Shown: in pieces, positions 1 to 12,249 of the stretch
Numbering within the stretch: position 1 is the stretch's first letter
Layout of the letters: each line of letters begins with the position of its first letter
Assembly: GCA_049724395.1 (NCBI GenBank)
Contig: JAUGWO010000107.1
Coordinates: 310,001-374,000, forward strand
Length of the DNA stretch: 64,000 bases
Direction of reading: 5' to 3'
Source: Spongospora subterranea f. sp. subterranea
Taxonomy: Eukaryota
Made by a program: the position numbers and the translations under genes
The notes under the pieces: generated by a model
The model's database searches: none
The model's input: only the letters and a program-made list of their open reading frames with translations
Told to the model about the DNA's origin: nothing

Positions 1-276
1 CCATATAGTCCAGGTTCATTCACTCCAAACAGGTAGAAAAAAAAACTTTCTTGACGAAAAAGATCTTCGTGATCTGCAATCAGCAAAACCTTTGAAAAAT
101 TGTAATCCATTTTACAGCCTCTATAGCGAATGACCTGTATCATATCTAAGAAATTTCTTTCCACCTTGGAAAAGAGCTATTTCCCCCTTTGCATTTGGAA
201 AACCATCGAATACTCGATTGCGGTTCTCCCGGTGAAGAGCTATCAGATCAATGTCCTCTGGTAGGCCCAACTCCAT
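1..276 (-). CDS. PEPD: Xaa-Pro dipeptidase (prolidase), 5' part, runs off window start
   Basis: Manual translation: MELGLPEDIDLIALHRENRNRVFDGFPNAKGEIALFQGGKKFLRYDT, GT-AG intron 74-134, then DHEDLFRQESFFFYLFGVNEPGLY. Matches the prolidase N-terminal motifs LQGG...RY.TD and FRQESFF.Y.FGV.EPG. Confidence 0.88.
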
Positions 277-472
277 TGTCAATCAAGGACACACAGAGTG
301 GTTAGCACCGTCCAGCGTCCAGAGGAAGGACAATGGCGTTGTAAAACTTAATGTGGAATGGTAAAGGGCCTTCGCAGTCGACTGAATATCAAGCACAAAT
401 TCACAAAGGAATGATTGTGAGAGACAGTGCCTAGTGGAGACACCTGTCTAATATTGAAAGTAATCAAGAGAG

Positions 473-552
473 TGACGATTATCCTGTTCGGCCTACGGTA
501 AATTACAGCGCCTGACGATTATCCTGTTCGGGCTACGGTAAATTACAGCGCC
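473..552. repeat. Tandem duplication, 2 x 40 bp
   Basis: tgacgattatcctgttcgg(c/g)ctacggtaaattacagcgcc at 473-512 and 513-552, one mismatch. Confidence 0.95.
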
Positions 553-783
553 TCTTTACAATAATTCAAATCTGATCGGACAAACAGGGCAACTCATATC
601 TGACGGAGAATCTACTATCGAAAGTGATAATTGGAAAAAAGAATAAGTCCAAGGGCCAATGATCGCCATCGGGAAGCAACGAACAATAAGCAACCCATTG
701 TTTTGAAAAAATGCAGGCAAGCGTTGAAGTAGATAAGACAGATTTATCGTCCAAAGCGACAAATTGCATCATTATTATATATA

Positions 784-1386
784 TTAGCCAAACAGCAAAC
801 TTAGATTTTCGATGGAGAAAGAGGATATGATCGCATCAGCCAATATGGAGTTGGCTGCCGGATCTGTCGGCGAACAGTGTTGACTAGAGCTTCTAGGGGC
901 TATCTTGATTGGAGAATTTACAGAGATTATGATATCTGCATCGTGCAAAGGAATACGGATGATGAAGATTCTGACCTCGACTAGATTGGCATCGGAAATA
1001 TCATCTTTGAACTTGGCAACAGTTTGGGTACCAACTGCATAGTAGACAGTATATCCTTGCGAAGTTAACTTGGTACCGGTCTCCATAACAGATGAATGAA
1101 TTGCATTGTTCGATTCGGATAGCTCAGCAAAATGTTGCCTAAACCCAGAATTACTGAGATTTTCATCAATGTATGGAACCGATATAAACCTTGCAGAATC
1201 TGTATCAGCAATATCCATTCGTTCAACGATTTCTACGATAACGCTTTGATCAGTGTCCGGATCCGCAAACACCTCCTGATGGTCAGGAACTTGCCTCAGT
1301 TCACTGATATCGCTGCAACGTTCTGGTATTGAGACGTTGAGCGAACCTCCAAAGAGATCACGGCGCCTCATTTTCTGCCCAGCCAT
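784..1386 (-). CDS. MOG1: Ran guanine nucleotide release factor (Mog1/PsbP-like)
   Basis: LFGG...DISELRQVPDHQEVFAD...DQSVIVEIVE Mog1 signature; probable in-frame 51-nt intron 1139-1189. Confidence 0.9.
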   Translation of the reverse strand: MAGQKMRRRDLFGGSLNVSIPERCSDISELRQVPDHQEVFADPDTDQSVIVEIVERMDIADTDSARFISVPYIDENLSNSGFRQHFAELSESNNAIHSSVMETGTKLTSQGYTVYYAVGTQTVAKFKDDISDANLVEVRIFIIRIPLHDADIIISVNSPIKIAPRSSSQHCSPTDPAANSILADAIISSFSIENLSLLFG

Positions 1387-2623
1387 GATTGCTATCCCGA
1401 TCCCGCTATCAACACAGTGTCCGACTGCACTTTCGTGAACTGCGCGCAGTAAACTACAAAAACAAAAGTTCGCTGATAAGATCGCTGGCTGAGATGTATT
1501 GTGTCATACAAACAATATCTAATCTTCCCTGTTATTTCATGTATAATGAGACAAAGGAGCCCCAGTAGTACAGATCAGCATTATACCATCTCGTGTCTGC
1601 TTTTCAGCCTTACGATCTTGTCACAACCGTGCGGTTGTATGATCAGCTGTAATCTAGCGTTTGAGGTTTGATTGCGTCGATTCGCTAGATAATTCCGTCC
1701 ATTTTGACCCTGATCTTATTCCCCAACGGTAGAGTGTTGACAAACACACCCTTGGGTGGCCATCGGGCTTGAGGTGTCTGAATGACTACAGCTCTCCAAT
1801 ATGATTCGAAATAGCGGGTTCTACGCTTTTCATATTTGGGGTTCAGATTTCAAAAATTGACGTGTCAGCGATGCATTGGAATCGAAATCACAGCGAGATT
1901 CTTGTTCTCTGATTGTGATGTCTGCTAAATAATCTTGCAAATTGTCTTCATCTATGTTGCCTACAGTGGTTGAAGAACTGAAGATGACGATATCTTGAAA
2001 TGAAAATACAGTCACAAAAAACGACGAACCGGTAGCTAGGTAGTCTACTTGGTAAATGCATACTGCTCAGGCATCTCTGAAAGTCTGCCGATTTCTTTCG
2101 CATTTGCAATCTGTTCAATTTGTTTGGATTTTGTCATGCAATCTGGCCGAAATAAATATTGAGTTTTTTTACCGCGCTACAAAACCAAGCGTTTCACATG
2201 ATTTCAATATCCCATTGATTCACTGGGAATGACACGGTTGCAAACGGGTTTCTGTTGGATTATACTGTGCAATGTGGAGTATATGGAAATTTGTTTGTTT
2301 AATAAAGCCAACTCTAGAAACTGTGGTGAATGACGGCATCCGTGTCTAAAACTCAGTGACAGACACGACTGGCCGGTATCATCAATCACCTGAGTTGTAA
2401 TGTATTGGTGAACGTTACTGTTAATAAGCGGACTCCGTTGTTACTGTTAAAGGAGTGTCGCAGCTGTTCTATAAACAGAGGGGTATCGCAACTGCGTATT
2501 CAAACCCTGCGGGTGTGACCACCTGTGTCCTCACAATAATTGATTGATTAGTGGAGTGGACTCTATTGAAATATTATCCTCTGTCTGCGTTCGGTTCAAA
2601 ATTCTCTATTTCCCGAAACCGGA

Positions 2624-4800
2624 ATGTCGTTCTCTTTTCTGTCAACTTACATAGCTACAGAAGTCAAACGTATAATCTCCTGGGCCGCTCCCGTCGAAAA
2701 TGGGAAGATTTGCTTGATTATCGATCCATGCTTTACTTCTTCTATAAACCGCATCGTGGATATGAACACCCTGCAAACTATGCACGTCAAAGAAGTCCAC
2801 GAGCTGTCCGGTGTAAGATAACGAAATATTAGCTTCTAGTACATTAAGCCCTCAAAAAGGTGACTCCCCTTGAAACGAGCTGTGAGCATGTTCTATATAT
2901 AATTCGGCCTAACGAAGAGATGATGTTAGTGAAATTTTCAAAAACTATCGCACTCAACGAAATAATTTTTCATCTCTGTCAGTGGGCGTTTGGCTTTTCA
3001 ATCACTAAAACTGGAATCGGTCAAATCAAATTCAGCATCAGATACGAGGGCCCCGGTATGCGAAAAAATGAAAAATTGATTGTCAGCTGCTGAATAGACC
3101 AAAGGTGTTCGTCGCGTTCGTTCCAAGACCTACTGCTATGTGTGCCCGCAGCTTGGAAACTCTTGGACTCTATGGTCGCCTACAAATAACTTCTCTGCCT
3201 CCGCTCGCAATAACATACCTGGACGACGATTTGATATCGTTTGAAGACTCAACTGCATTTAAGCGAGGATTCCTCGACAACGATCCCAGCGTTATTGATA
3301 ATGTTGTTCGAAACCTATTGGAAATCCAAAACGTATATGGAAAGTTTGACGAGATATCGGGAAAAGGGAAGCTTTCCTCTGCAGTATGCGAATCACTGTG
3401 TAGATTGCAAGGACAGGGAAATGTAACGGATAAGGCCAGGGTATTCTCGGAGGCGGATAAGATTACTCGAGTGATCTGTATTGACAGGACCGTCGACCTA
3501 ATTACTCCGATGATGCTAGGATTTACCTATGAAGGTCATCGCATATTTGAGGAGTGTTTACACAGCAATTCAAATGATGTTAGGAATTATTGACGAATGT
3601 ATTGGCATCGACAACGGTTACTGTAACCTGAAAAGAAATATATTTACTGGTACCAAGCAAAAAGATGCAGATGAGAGGATTTCCGGCAACGTCCCAGAAG
3701 CAAACACCGATAAAAATGAAATGGTGAAGTATCCTCTCTTCAGTAGCGACCCTCACTATGCTCAAATTCGCGATAAGAGGTAATACCTGAAGAAAGAGCT
3801 TTAAACGACATTTTGGTTTCTTATTCTACTTAGTTTCCCATATGTGCTTTCCACAATGCCGAAGCTTGTTGGTGAAGTATCTAAGAAGCTGGGACAGAGA
3901 AACCAAGCCAAAACCGTATGTGAGCTAAAGGGCTTCGTCAAATGCTTGCCAGGATATCTCAATGAACTTGTAAACGACTGTTTGCCATTGATTGTAGGTA
4001 GCGAACCTTTTTTTAGGATTCGGTGACGGCGCATACTAATTTGCTAGTCCACCTTACGTCAGTGACAAACTCTCCCTCGTTTCTAAGAATTTTGAGAAGC
4101 GAAGATTCGCTGATCAACATGACAAAAATCAGCGACGTCCTCGACACGATAGAGTATGCATTTCTACTCAACAACTCTTCATATCATGACTTCCGTTATC
4201 AGGTATTCCATAGCACAGGGAGAACCGTGGCAGCAAGTGACTAGATTAGTATGTTTATGGTCACAAATATCTGGAGGATTGAAGACCGAAGATTACGATA
4301 CGTGTTGCAATCAACTTATCAACGGTTATGGTGCAGCGCTAATGCTTCCAGTTTTAACTAGGCTTGCAAAGTGCGGGTTCCTGTGTCATTCTATATCCAG
4401 CTCGCAAAGGGCTTCTTGGAAGAGTTTACGGCGCGATCTGAATCTGATATCTGACAAAGGAAATGGATTTGACAATCCCAGCGATTACCATTTTGTACAT
4501 GGGTATTCGGGATATGCGCCTATATCTGTTCGGTTTATTGAAAAGAGGATTACCGAAAACTCCTGGAATTCTGTGAATACCCTATTCAGTCCAGACCAGG
4601 TCTCATTCAACAAGAAGCTGAAACTCGATAGTAGTCCAGGGGCAACGCTGGTTGTGTTTATCGGAGGAATCACAAGATCAGAAGTGGCAGCGCTCCGGTT
4701 TCTAAACCAAAACAGACCTGAATCTCAAGTCGTAATCTCGGGATGCCTGACGACTGGGTCGACGCTGCTTGAATCAATGCGAATGCTATCACCGGTATAA
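2624..4800 (+). CDS. VPS33: Sec1/Munc18-family vacuolar sorting protein Vps33 (multi-exon)
   Basis: Exons spread over ORFs 2624-4800: IDRTVDLITPM...TYEG, YSGYAPISVRFIE, LVVFIGGITRSEVAALRFL are Vps33 hallmarks. Confidence 0.88.
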
Positions 4801-5398
4801 GAATACAAATCTTGACAAATAATACCGCTTGGATACTTGCTCCATTTTGTGACATTCCACACTGCATATATAGTATCGTGTTACTATGGTCGACCTGGAT
4901 CGCTACTGCAACAAAACGTTCGCCGTAGATCACATCGCGATCCCAAGTATTTTAATTTTCACACGAAAGTATAAAATTGCTATCGTCAGAAGATCGACGC
5001 CGTCTTCACAGTAACTGGTCTCAAATTTTAAGTTAAGTTGCACAACAAAGCAAGTACACACAAAGATGCAACGCCGAGTTCCCTCGTTCGCTAAACGGCT
5101 GTCAGATTTGGATACGCGGTACAGTACTGCAGTAAAATGTTGACTCCGAGTGTACATATAATGATAGCCGTGTCGGGTGTCTGGAATTGCGGGTTCCCCC
5201 TTCCCTGAAATCCTAGTGAAATCCTTGGACGGAGCGCGACGGAACCCTCGTCAACCACTGTCCGAGTGTGTGTAGTCTCCGGAATTCCTGCAACCCCAGG
5301 GTCCTTTCTAATTATCATCTCGCGCGGAGGGAACCTCTTCTTTGCATGCTCCAGGCCATTCAACGCTTTTCACTTGATTTCCTGGGATCTTTCTCCAA

Positions 5399-7855
5399 AT
5401 GAGGGCAGTTGTTAGGCTAAGCATCCCCCCTGCTAGATTTATCAGGGCGGCCAGCTCATCAGCGCCTTTTACCCTAGACGCACGCCAAGATTTACATCGA
5501 GAAATTGGCATTTTAACGTCTTCATTTCACGAATGTCAAAAGGATATGGCGTCTGCGAAATATACTGCCCGTTTGAATCCTCATAGTTTGAAATGTCGTG
5601 AAAGAGCTGATAAAATCCAAAACAGCATGGAGCGATTCCATGACCAGTTCCAGATGTTGTTGCAGCGTGAAGCACATAAAACAGTGACAGGAGCTGAGAT
5701 CGCATTCAGCGGATATAAGGACCTGTTTGAACCAAGATCATGGCATTATAACGTGCTCATGGATTCATTCAGGCGCCATTCACCAAGACAGTGCGGTTCC
5801 CTGCTCAAGCGAATGGATTGTGACGGCGTCGCGCCCGATGTGGATTTTTTTAATCTTTGGCTGAGGGCACTGAGCACATTGGATGTTAACCTTCCAACGA
5901 TGTATGGAATATTAGAGGAGATGGCCCGCAGAGGGATTCAGCCAGATCGATTTACACACTCTATTATGCTCGAGGTTCTAGCTGGGATCGGTGATGCTGA
6001 TCTGGTCAACTCCACCCTGGACAGTATGGTTAATGAAGGTATTTCTCCCACACCCAGCGCCCTCGCTAAAGTTCTTGCCCTGTATTGGAAGGTGAAAGAC
6101 TATGAAAAAGGAGACACAATTCGCGATTCACTCCTTCATGCCAAGGATGCCTCTTATTCATTAGGTGTTTATTCAGCAATCATGCGATATTCTATAGCCA
6201 GAGCCCACCTTGATGTTGTGGAATCGGTTTGGGATATCATGGACGCTAAAGACACCCGCCCATCCCCAGATGTATTTGACCAATACGTGACGGCGCTGTT
6301 CGATGGCCGGTTCCCCGGTCTGGATTTACCTGAGAGCAGGAAATTACTTCGGAAAGTTCTGGATCGTGCCATAACCGGTTTTGTCAGACTAACGCTACGT
6401 CCTATATTGCCGTTCCTACCGCAATTGATCGCCGAGTATTCTCAACGTCCAGATGTGCTGGCCATGTTCTTCGATGCTGTCGCGCAATCTAATTTCCCAG
6501 CCAAGCTTGCCGTACAAGAATCATTTTGCAATTGGTTTTATGAGAAAGGCGACTTAGAATTGCTAAAACTAGTGTTAGACACAATGAGCAAGGCTGGATT
6601 AAGTCCACAATCTCTCGGACACGCTATCATTGGAAAATGTATTCTGACTAATCCATCGGCCTGCCAAGAGCTAGTCCGGTATATGGTAAAGAAAGGGATT
6701 CCAGTTTACCGAGAAGCCATGACCAGTATAATATTCGCCGGAGCTAACCGATCTGATCTGGAAAGTTGCGACGAAGTCTCAGCAATAATGAAAGATCTTG
6801 GGATGACTCCAACAGAGTCTTCTATCAATGCTCATCTTAATGCTGCTATTTATGCAAACTCCACCAATCGCATTGACGAATTATTCGCTGAATCGCGCCA
6901 GCTTGGATACACGCTTAATAACGAATGTGCTCAGTATCTATTGGTCTCACTTTCCGCTCGCGGGGAACTGGAGGCTTGCACCTATTTATTCCAAATGCTG
7001 AAAGAGAACGGTTCAAGAGTGCCGACTGCCCTGGAATACGATAGCATGATAGCCGCTATTATCAAGACAGGAGATCCTCTTGGAGCCATTGGACTTATTC
7101 GTGAAATGTGTTCTCATAATCATCCACCTTCGTACTCCTTATTATACGAAGTCATCAATTCATTCGTGACCCGTGGTCTGTTAGACGACGCTGAACATCT
7201 TATTGAAGGTCTACCTCGTGATCGACTTGCCGATTTCACCGTCACCTGCAGTAATCTGATAACGGCGCTCGCTCAACTAGGCGAACTGGAGCGATGCGAA
7301 CGGGTTTGCTCGTTGCTTGAAGAATCAGGCGGGTTTCCTCGTATCTGGGCTGTCAACGCCTTGATAATTGCTTTCGGTAATGTTGGCATGGTGGATATGT
7401 CTGAGAAAATATTCTCCCTGCTCATGCAAAGAAATCCCCCGCACAAAGCGCGTTCTTCTGCTTATAATGCCTTACTTTCAGTTCTCGCACGGAATGCACT
7501 ATTTGACGAATGCGGGAAGCTAATTGGCGAATTCCAAGTCCACAACATCAAAATGGAACTGTTTGCTTTCCGGTATTTGGTGTCCTCGTTTGCATTTCGT
7601 GGTCGGCTCGACGAATGCGAGGCATCCTATTCACACTTCAGTTCGAATTACTTTGCAAAGCTAGACACCGTATTTGAATGGCTAGCGACTCCATACGCCC
7701 GGGCCAGCGCCCTGGATCGTCTTCGAGCATTTGCCAGAAAGTCGGCCTCATCTTCTCAAGAATGTGAGAAATTTCTATCGCGCATCGACTCCGTTGAGAG
7801 GAAACTCGCTCGTAAATCACAAGCAAATTCCGGTTCTCGATTCCCTCGTTTGTGA
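5399..7855 (+). CDS. Pentatricopeptide-repeat (PPR) protein, probably mitochondrial
   Basis: Single 818-aa ORF with ~35-aa repeats (YNVLMDSF...MDCDGVAPD, EEMARRGIQPDRFTHSIML, YDSMIAAIIKTG, YNALLSVLARN) and an Arg/Ser/Ala-rich, acid-poor N-terminus resembling a targeting peptide. Confidence 0.85.
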   Translation: MRAVVRLSIPPARFIRAASSSAPFTLDARQDLHREIGILTSSFHECQKDMASAKYTARLNPHSLKCRERADKIQNSMERFHDQFQMLLQREAHKTVTGAEIAFSGYKDLFEPRSWHYNVLMDSFRRHSPRQCGSLLKRMDCDGVAPDVDFFNLWLRALSTLDVNLPTMYGILEEMARRGIQPDRFTHSIMLEVLAGIGDADLVNSTLDSMVNEGISPTPSALAKVLALYWKVKDYEKGDTIRDSLLHAKDASYSLGVYSAIMRYSIARAHLDVVESVWDIMDAKDTRPSPDVFDQYVTALFDGRFPGLDLPESRKLLRKVLDRAITGFVRLTLRPILPFLPQLIAEYSQRPDVLAMFFDAVAQSNFPAKLAVQESFCNWFYEKGDLELLKLVLDTMSKAGLSPQSLGHAIIGKCILTNPSACQELVRYMVKKGIPVYREAMTSIIFAGANRSDLESCDEVSAIMKDLGMTPTESSINAHLNAAIYANSTNRIDELFAESRQLGYTLNNECAQYLLVSLSARGELEACTYLFQMLKENGSRVPTALEYDSMIAAIIKTGDPLGAIGLIREMCSHNHPPSYSLLYEVINSFVTRGLLDDAEHLIEGLPRDRLADFTVTCSNLITALAQLGELERCERVCSLLEESGGFPRIWAVNALIIAFGNVGMVDMSEKIFSLLMQRNPPHKARSSAYNALLSVLARNALFDECGKLIGEFQVHNIKMELFAFRYLVSSFAFRGRLDECEASYSHFSSNYFAKLDTVFEWLATPYARASALDRLRAFARKSASSSQECEKFLSRIDSVERKLARKSQANSGSRFPRL

Positions 7856-8052
7856 TGGGTGTGAACAAATATTCGCTTATTGTTATTGTTTATTCATTAT
7901 CTAATACAGCAGTTGATATAAATTCTACCATAATAGATTGGTAAACACATCCACAAGTTAGGTCGATATACAATCAGGTGAGTCATTTTCCCGAGAGGGG
8001 TAGCATCGCGTGCCAAAACTCCAAAGGCGAAACAACTCAAAGTTAGCACGTC

Positions 8053-8796
8053 ATGCTCTCAGGCACCGAAATTCATCAAAGGGGTCGCCGGCATGAACAA
8101 GACTATCATCCAAGCGATGAGTCGTCTAAAATACATTCGAAACCAAATCGCGGTTCTCCACTAACGATCACAGGGTCGTCGCCATTGTCTTTTGCTGCAA
8201 TTGGAGTTGTTTTCTTTTTATTTCTGATCGGCATCGCGTTTTTACTTTTGTCGGGTGACTCTCGCAACGAATTTGAGCTAGGCAAGCGCATACCTGTAGT
8301 CGCAGGAAGAAACGCCAAAAAAATCATGGAGGACGCCATGAAGAAGAAATCATCTTCGGACGAAGCAGCTTACGCGCAAAAGGTTCGTGAGAGATATCAG
8401 TCGCGAATGGCTAAAATCCGAGAACAAGAACTTAAAAATATGGCGACGTCTGAACCTTCAGCAGCTGATGTTGCACACGAAACAGCGACAAGTGAAGTAT
8501 TCCAGAATGCACAACCAGGGGCAGTTCCGCAGCAAGCACCCGAAGCTGTGTCTGCTGATGCTAAAAACACACTTGAGGAGAGCCTGCAAGCCATTCGTGA
8601 ACAACTCGCACATTTACAGCAGGGTCTGGCGCAAAAGGAGACTGAAACACAAACGACGGAACCACCAAGCGCGGCTCCGGCAGAAAACGCTGAGCGAGAT
8701 GCCGAAATCCAGAACCTGGTGGCTAAGATGGCTGAATTACGAGCCCAAAGTGCCGCCCTAGAAGCGATGATCGAACAAGCGAAAACTAAACGTTGA
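8053..8796 (+). CDS. Hypothetical single-pass membrane protein with coiled-coil C-terminus
   Basis: 247-aa ATG ORF, hydrophobic segment FAAIGVVFFLFLIGIAFLLL, charged heptad-like tail. Confidence 0.7.
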   Translation: MLSGTEIHQRGRRHEQDYHPSDESSKIHSKPNRGSPLTITGSSPLSFAAIGVVFFLFLIGIAFLLLSGDSRNEFELGKRIPVVAGRNAKKIMEDAMKKKSSSDEAAYAQKVRERYQSRMAKIREQELKNMATSEPSAADVAHETATSEVFQNAQPGAVPQQAPEAVSADAKNTLEESLQAIREQLAHLQQGLAQKETETQTTEPPSAAPAENAERDAEIQNLVAKMAELRAQSAALEAMIEQAKTKR

Positions 8797-11215
8797 CGAA
8801 ATGACAACAATATAATACTTTGAATATTAAATGTTTTGTAGAGCTCAAGACAATCTTAATTTTCAAAGAAAAGTGTGGTTGATCTGAATCGAATATCCAT
8901 GTCTTGATAGTACTATCTTGTGAACAGCTATAGGCGGTATTTTACATCGAAGCCATTCTTGCATAATGAACTCCACCAACCTTAACAACAATGATTGCTG
9001 CCGACTCCATCTTGCACTGAAAACAGCTCCCTTATGTCCGGAAAGCCGTTGAACTAACTCACCGCTCTCCACATCCCATATGTATACTTTACCATCATCT
9101 GATCCGCCAATTACAAGGGCCTGATAAATGAAGATACATGAGTAAAAATTGAGTAAACAAACCATCAAGTAACGAACTTGGCTAGGACCAAAAGCGGCTC
9201 GGACGAAATTTTTGCTAGTATTTTGGTGACCCTTAAGTCTCTGAAAAGGCCTGCCGATTCGAACATCCCAGATACGATTACTGTTATCTTTAGAACAGCT
9301 CAAGAGCTGGGTGCCTGCAGCATTTAGTTGCACTGAAGTAACTTCGCCCAGAAGTAAACTATAAGTTTTGATACAAACGCCGCTGACAATATCCCAAAAC
9401 TTGATCGTATTGTCCTAAACGACAAAAGTTACAAATTCTGCTAGGGAGGAATCGATGGACTGTCAACTTTGGAACCAGATACAACAAGGTTTCCATGCGG
9501 ATTGAATACAACAGATGCGATTGATGCTTGGTGGTCGCGAAATGTAACAACATTGGACCCCGTCTCAATATCAAAAAGCTTAGCTGTATGGTCATATCCA
9601 CCAGTGATGATATGTTGCTGATTCAATCATGGTAAGCTATTGACTGTTTCGAGAATACGCAACTTGAGGTCTAACATTAGAGGGATGGAATTTAACAGAG
9701 TACACATCACCTTCATGACCTAACAAAGTTCGAATGCAGTCTCTGCTTGGCGCATTGCTATCAGGAGCGGTTTCGTCTGAAACCTTCGTATCCCAGATCT
9801 ACAAAGCCCGTCAAGTTTATGTGTGAAGGTGTCGCCAATTAACAGACTTTGACTGTAGCATCGGCTGAACAGGATGCAACCATATTACCCATATTATTAC
9901 TGGAAACGTCCCATATTCGAGATATATGACCCGTCCAAGTCCTACGAGACGGTCACATTATGCAATAGATATTGTTTAGACGAATTACTTAATACAAGCA
10001 CCGTGCTCAGTGTCCCAAAGTTTGACAGTATTATCGCTAGACCCTGACACAATTTCTAACGACTCTTGACCAACAAATTCAGCACCTTTGACATTGTTGC
10101 TATGTCCGGTATATGTGCGATGAACGACCTAAAAAGCAGGAGCAACATTTAAATCAACTATAATTGACAACGTAACAAGCTTACATTAGGCAGAATGAAA
10201 TTGCAATGATCAAATAAAAGACTGCTAACAGGGGTTTTCAGCTTCGGATGATACCGCGAGAATTCAATTTGATAAGCGACGGCTTGCTGACAATAGAGTT
10301 AACAGTTTTATCAGAGCAGCAATGTGTAGCCATTGTACCTGCAGTAACTCGATAAGACGGCCGGAAGGCACGTCTTCGCAACCTGATGTCTGTTAAGTGC
10401 AACGAACATGTGACAAGTTATTCAACATGCCTCTGATGGCATCAACGTCATTCTGGATAATAGCCTCAAACTGGCTCGCTAACCGTTCCCTAGTCGAGAA
10501 AAGTGAGACCACCTGATGTATTCTCGAGTTTGGGAAGTTAACCTGGATGCGGTGACCCCTAGCCAGTCTTTGAACGATGTCGCCTCTTGAACAGAGCGAC
10601 ACGTTAAAAGGTAGCAAAGATCAGAGAACTCATCCGGATCAGCGCTGGACTCATATGGCTTTAAATACTTCATAAGAAATGTGAATGCCTTGAAGCAAAC
10701 ATCAGCTCATTTTTCATAAGCGTGAAAGGCCGTTACTTTTTGATACTCTTGTCTGTCAATTAACTCAAGAAAGTTCTGCTTAAACGTTGCATACAGAAGG
10801 GCTTTATGCAGATGGAACGGGAACTTTGAGCAGATCGCCTCCACTTCCGACCCTAGACTAGAATGTCAGTTTCATATGGGGCTAATCAACATTATTACAT
10901 TCGCCACAGGATATAGCTGTTTGTATCTGCCTTATCCGGTTCATCTTTTGGATGCCTTCAGATATTTTCACATTTGCTTCATCTTGAAGGGTCAGCATAG
11001 AGGAAACATACCCTTCATCGCGTAAAAATTGTATCAGTAAGCGTACAATATCCTGAATACAGCACGATGGTTACTTGAAAACCTCAGATAGCATTTGGTC
11101 TGTAATACCCGTTTGATACGCGCATCCTCAGGATCAAATGTCTCAAGGTTCGGTGTGATCCGCTTTTGGCGAAGGTCAACCTGGACAATATTGGATAAGC
11201 TATGATCAAGCCTAT
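8786..11215 (-). CDS. LisH/CTLH + WD40-repeat protein (multi-exon; 5' end uncertain)
   Basis: LisH-like DIVRLLIQFLRDEGYVSSMLTLQDE near 11080, CTLH-like segment, then WD40 repeats (GGYDHTAKLFD, SCSKDNSNRIWD, GSDDGKVYIWD, SCSQDSTIKTW). The last exon reads to a TAG at 8786-8788. Confidence 0.8.
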
Positions 11216-11817
11216 AAAAGATTGAATGAAACAAGCGACAATATCGGTCAGGTTTCCTACTGCAATTGCTTAGTGGTTAACATATCGAATAAATGATCAA
11301 TCAGAGGTAGCCTCTCTAGCCCCTACCCCCCTACCGTAGAATATACCGTGAAAACGAGTCAGAATTGCTGGATGCGAGTTGCTGAACTATTCCCGCGCTT
11401 GGGGATCAGTATCCCCAACCTCATCATCATGTCAGCACGATTTTTAGAAGCAACTTCTGATATTTCCGTTGCTCAGGCATCCCGTCTCTTGTTATATTTC
11501 GGTATAGGTCAACGATCACAAACAGGTAATTATCTGAAGCAGGCTTAAGTGGTCTAGGAATGTGTTTCGCGCTTAAACCTTTTAAATTAATGTTGAACTT
11601 TTAGATTTGTTCGAAATGTTGATTGTTCGAGGCAGAGACTTGTAGGCTTCTGCTTTGATCGATGTTGTTGCTGCGTCCTACATCGGCGCCAAAGTTGCTG
11701 ACAGCCTTGAACACTGATTGGTTTGTGGTCTTGTGCTCGTACCAGATCGGTTCTCTTCTTTCGATTTGTTATGAACTGTGTGTCCACACATTATAGCGGA
11801 ATATGTTTCACCGTTTC

Positions 11818-12032
11818 CGTTATCATAGCCATACATGTATCAGCCGCATCCAGTGTAATGTCATCCCTAATTCCACTCAGGGAGTACAGTATCACGTTCG
11901 TTACCCTTCGTAACGGTTGTGTCGTTATCATAGCCATACATGTATTAGTCGCATCCAGTGTAATGTCATCCCTAACTCCACTCGGGGAGTACAGTATAAT
12001 GTTCGTTACCCTTCGTAACGGTAGTGTCGTTA
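11818..12032. repeat. Tandem duplication, ~2 x 105 bp
   Basis: Units start cgttatcatagccatacatgtat at 11818 and 11923; a partial third unit starts at 12028. Confidence 0.93.
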
Positions 12033-12249
12033 AGGTCATCCGTTTGAGTCATTGTTATTGGTCTCAAATGTACTACAGTAGTTGTTTGATTATAAACCTT
12101 GGTCTTCTTCAAGGTGAGTTTCAAGTACATACTTTACCTAGATCAGCACGCAGCGAATCAGCCGTACGGGAATGCTATCGACCGACATGTTTGCGTGAAT
12201 CAACATGCTCTTACGAGCTCACAGGTTCCCATTCCATAAATACCGGAAC

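Noticed and set aside
1500..2450. Possible gene or TE remnant between MOG1 and VPS33
   Set aside because: Only short frames with no motif I can recognise.
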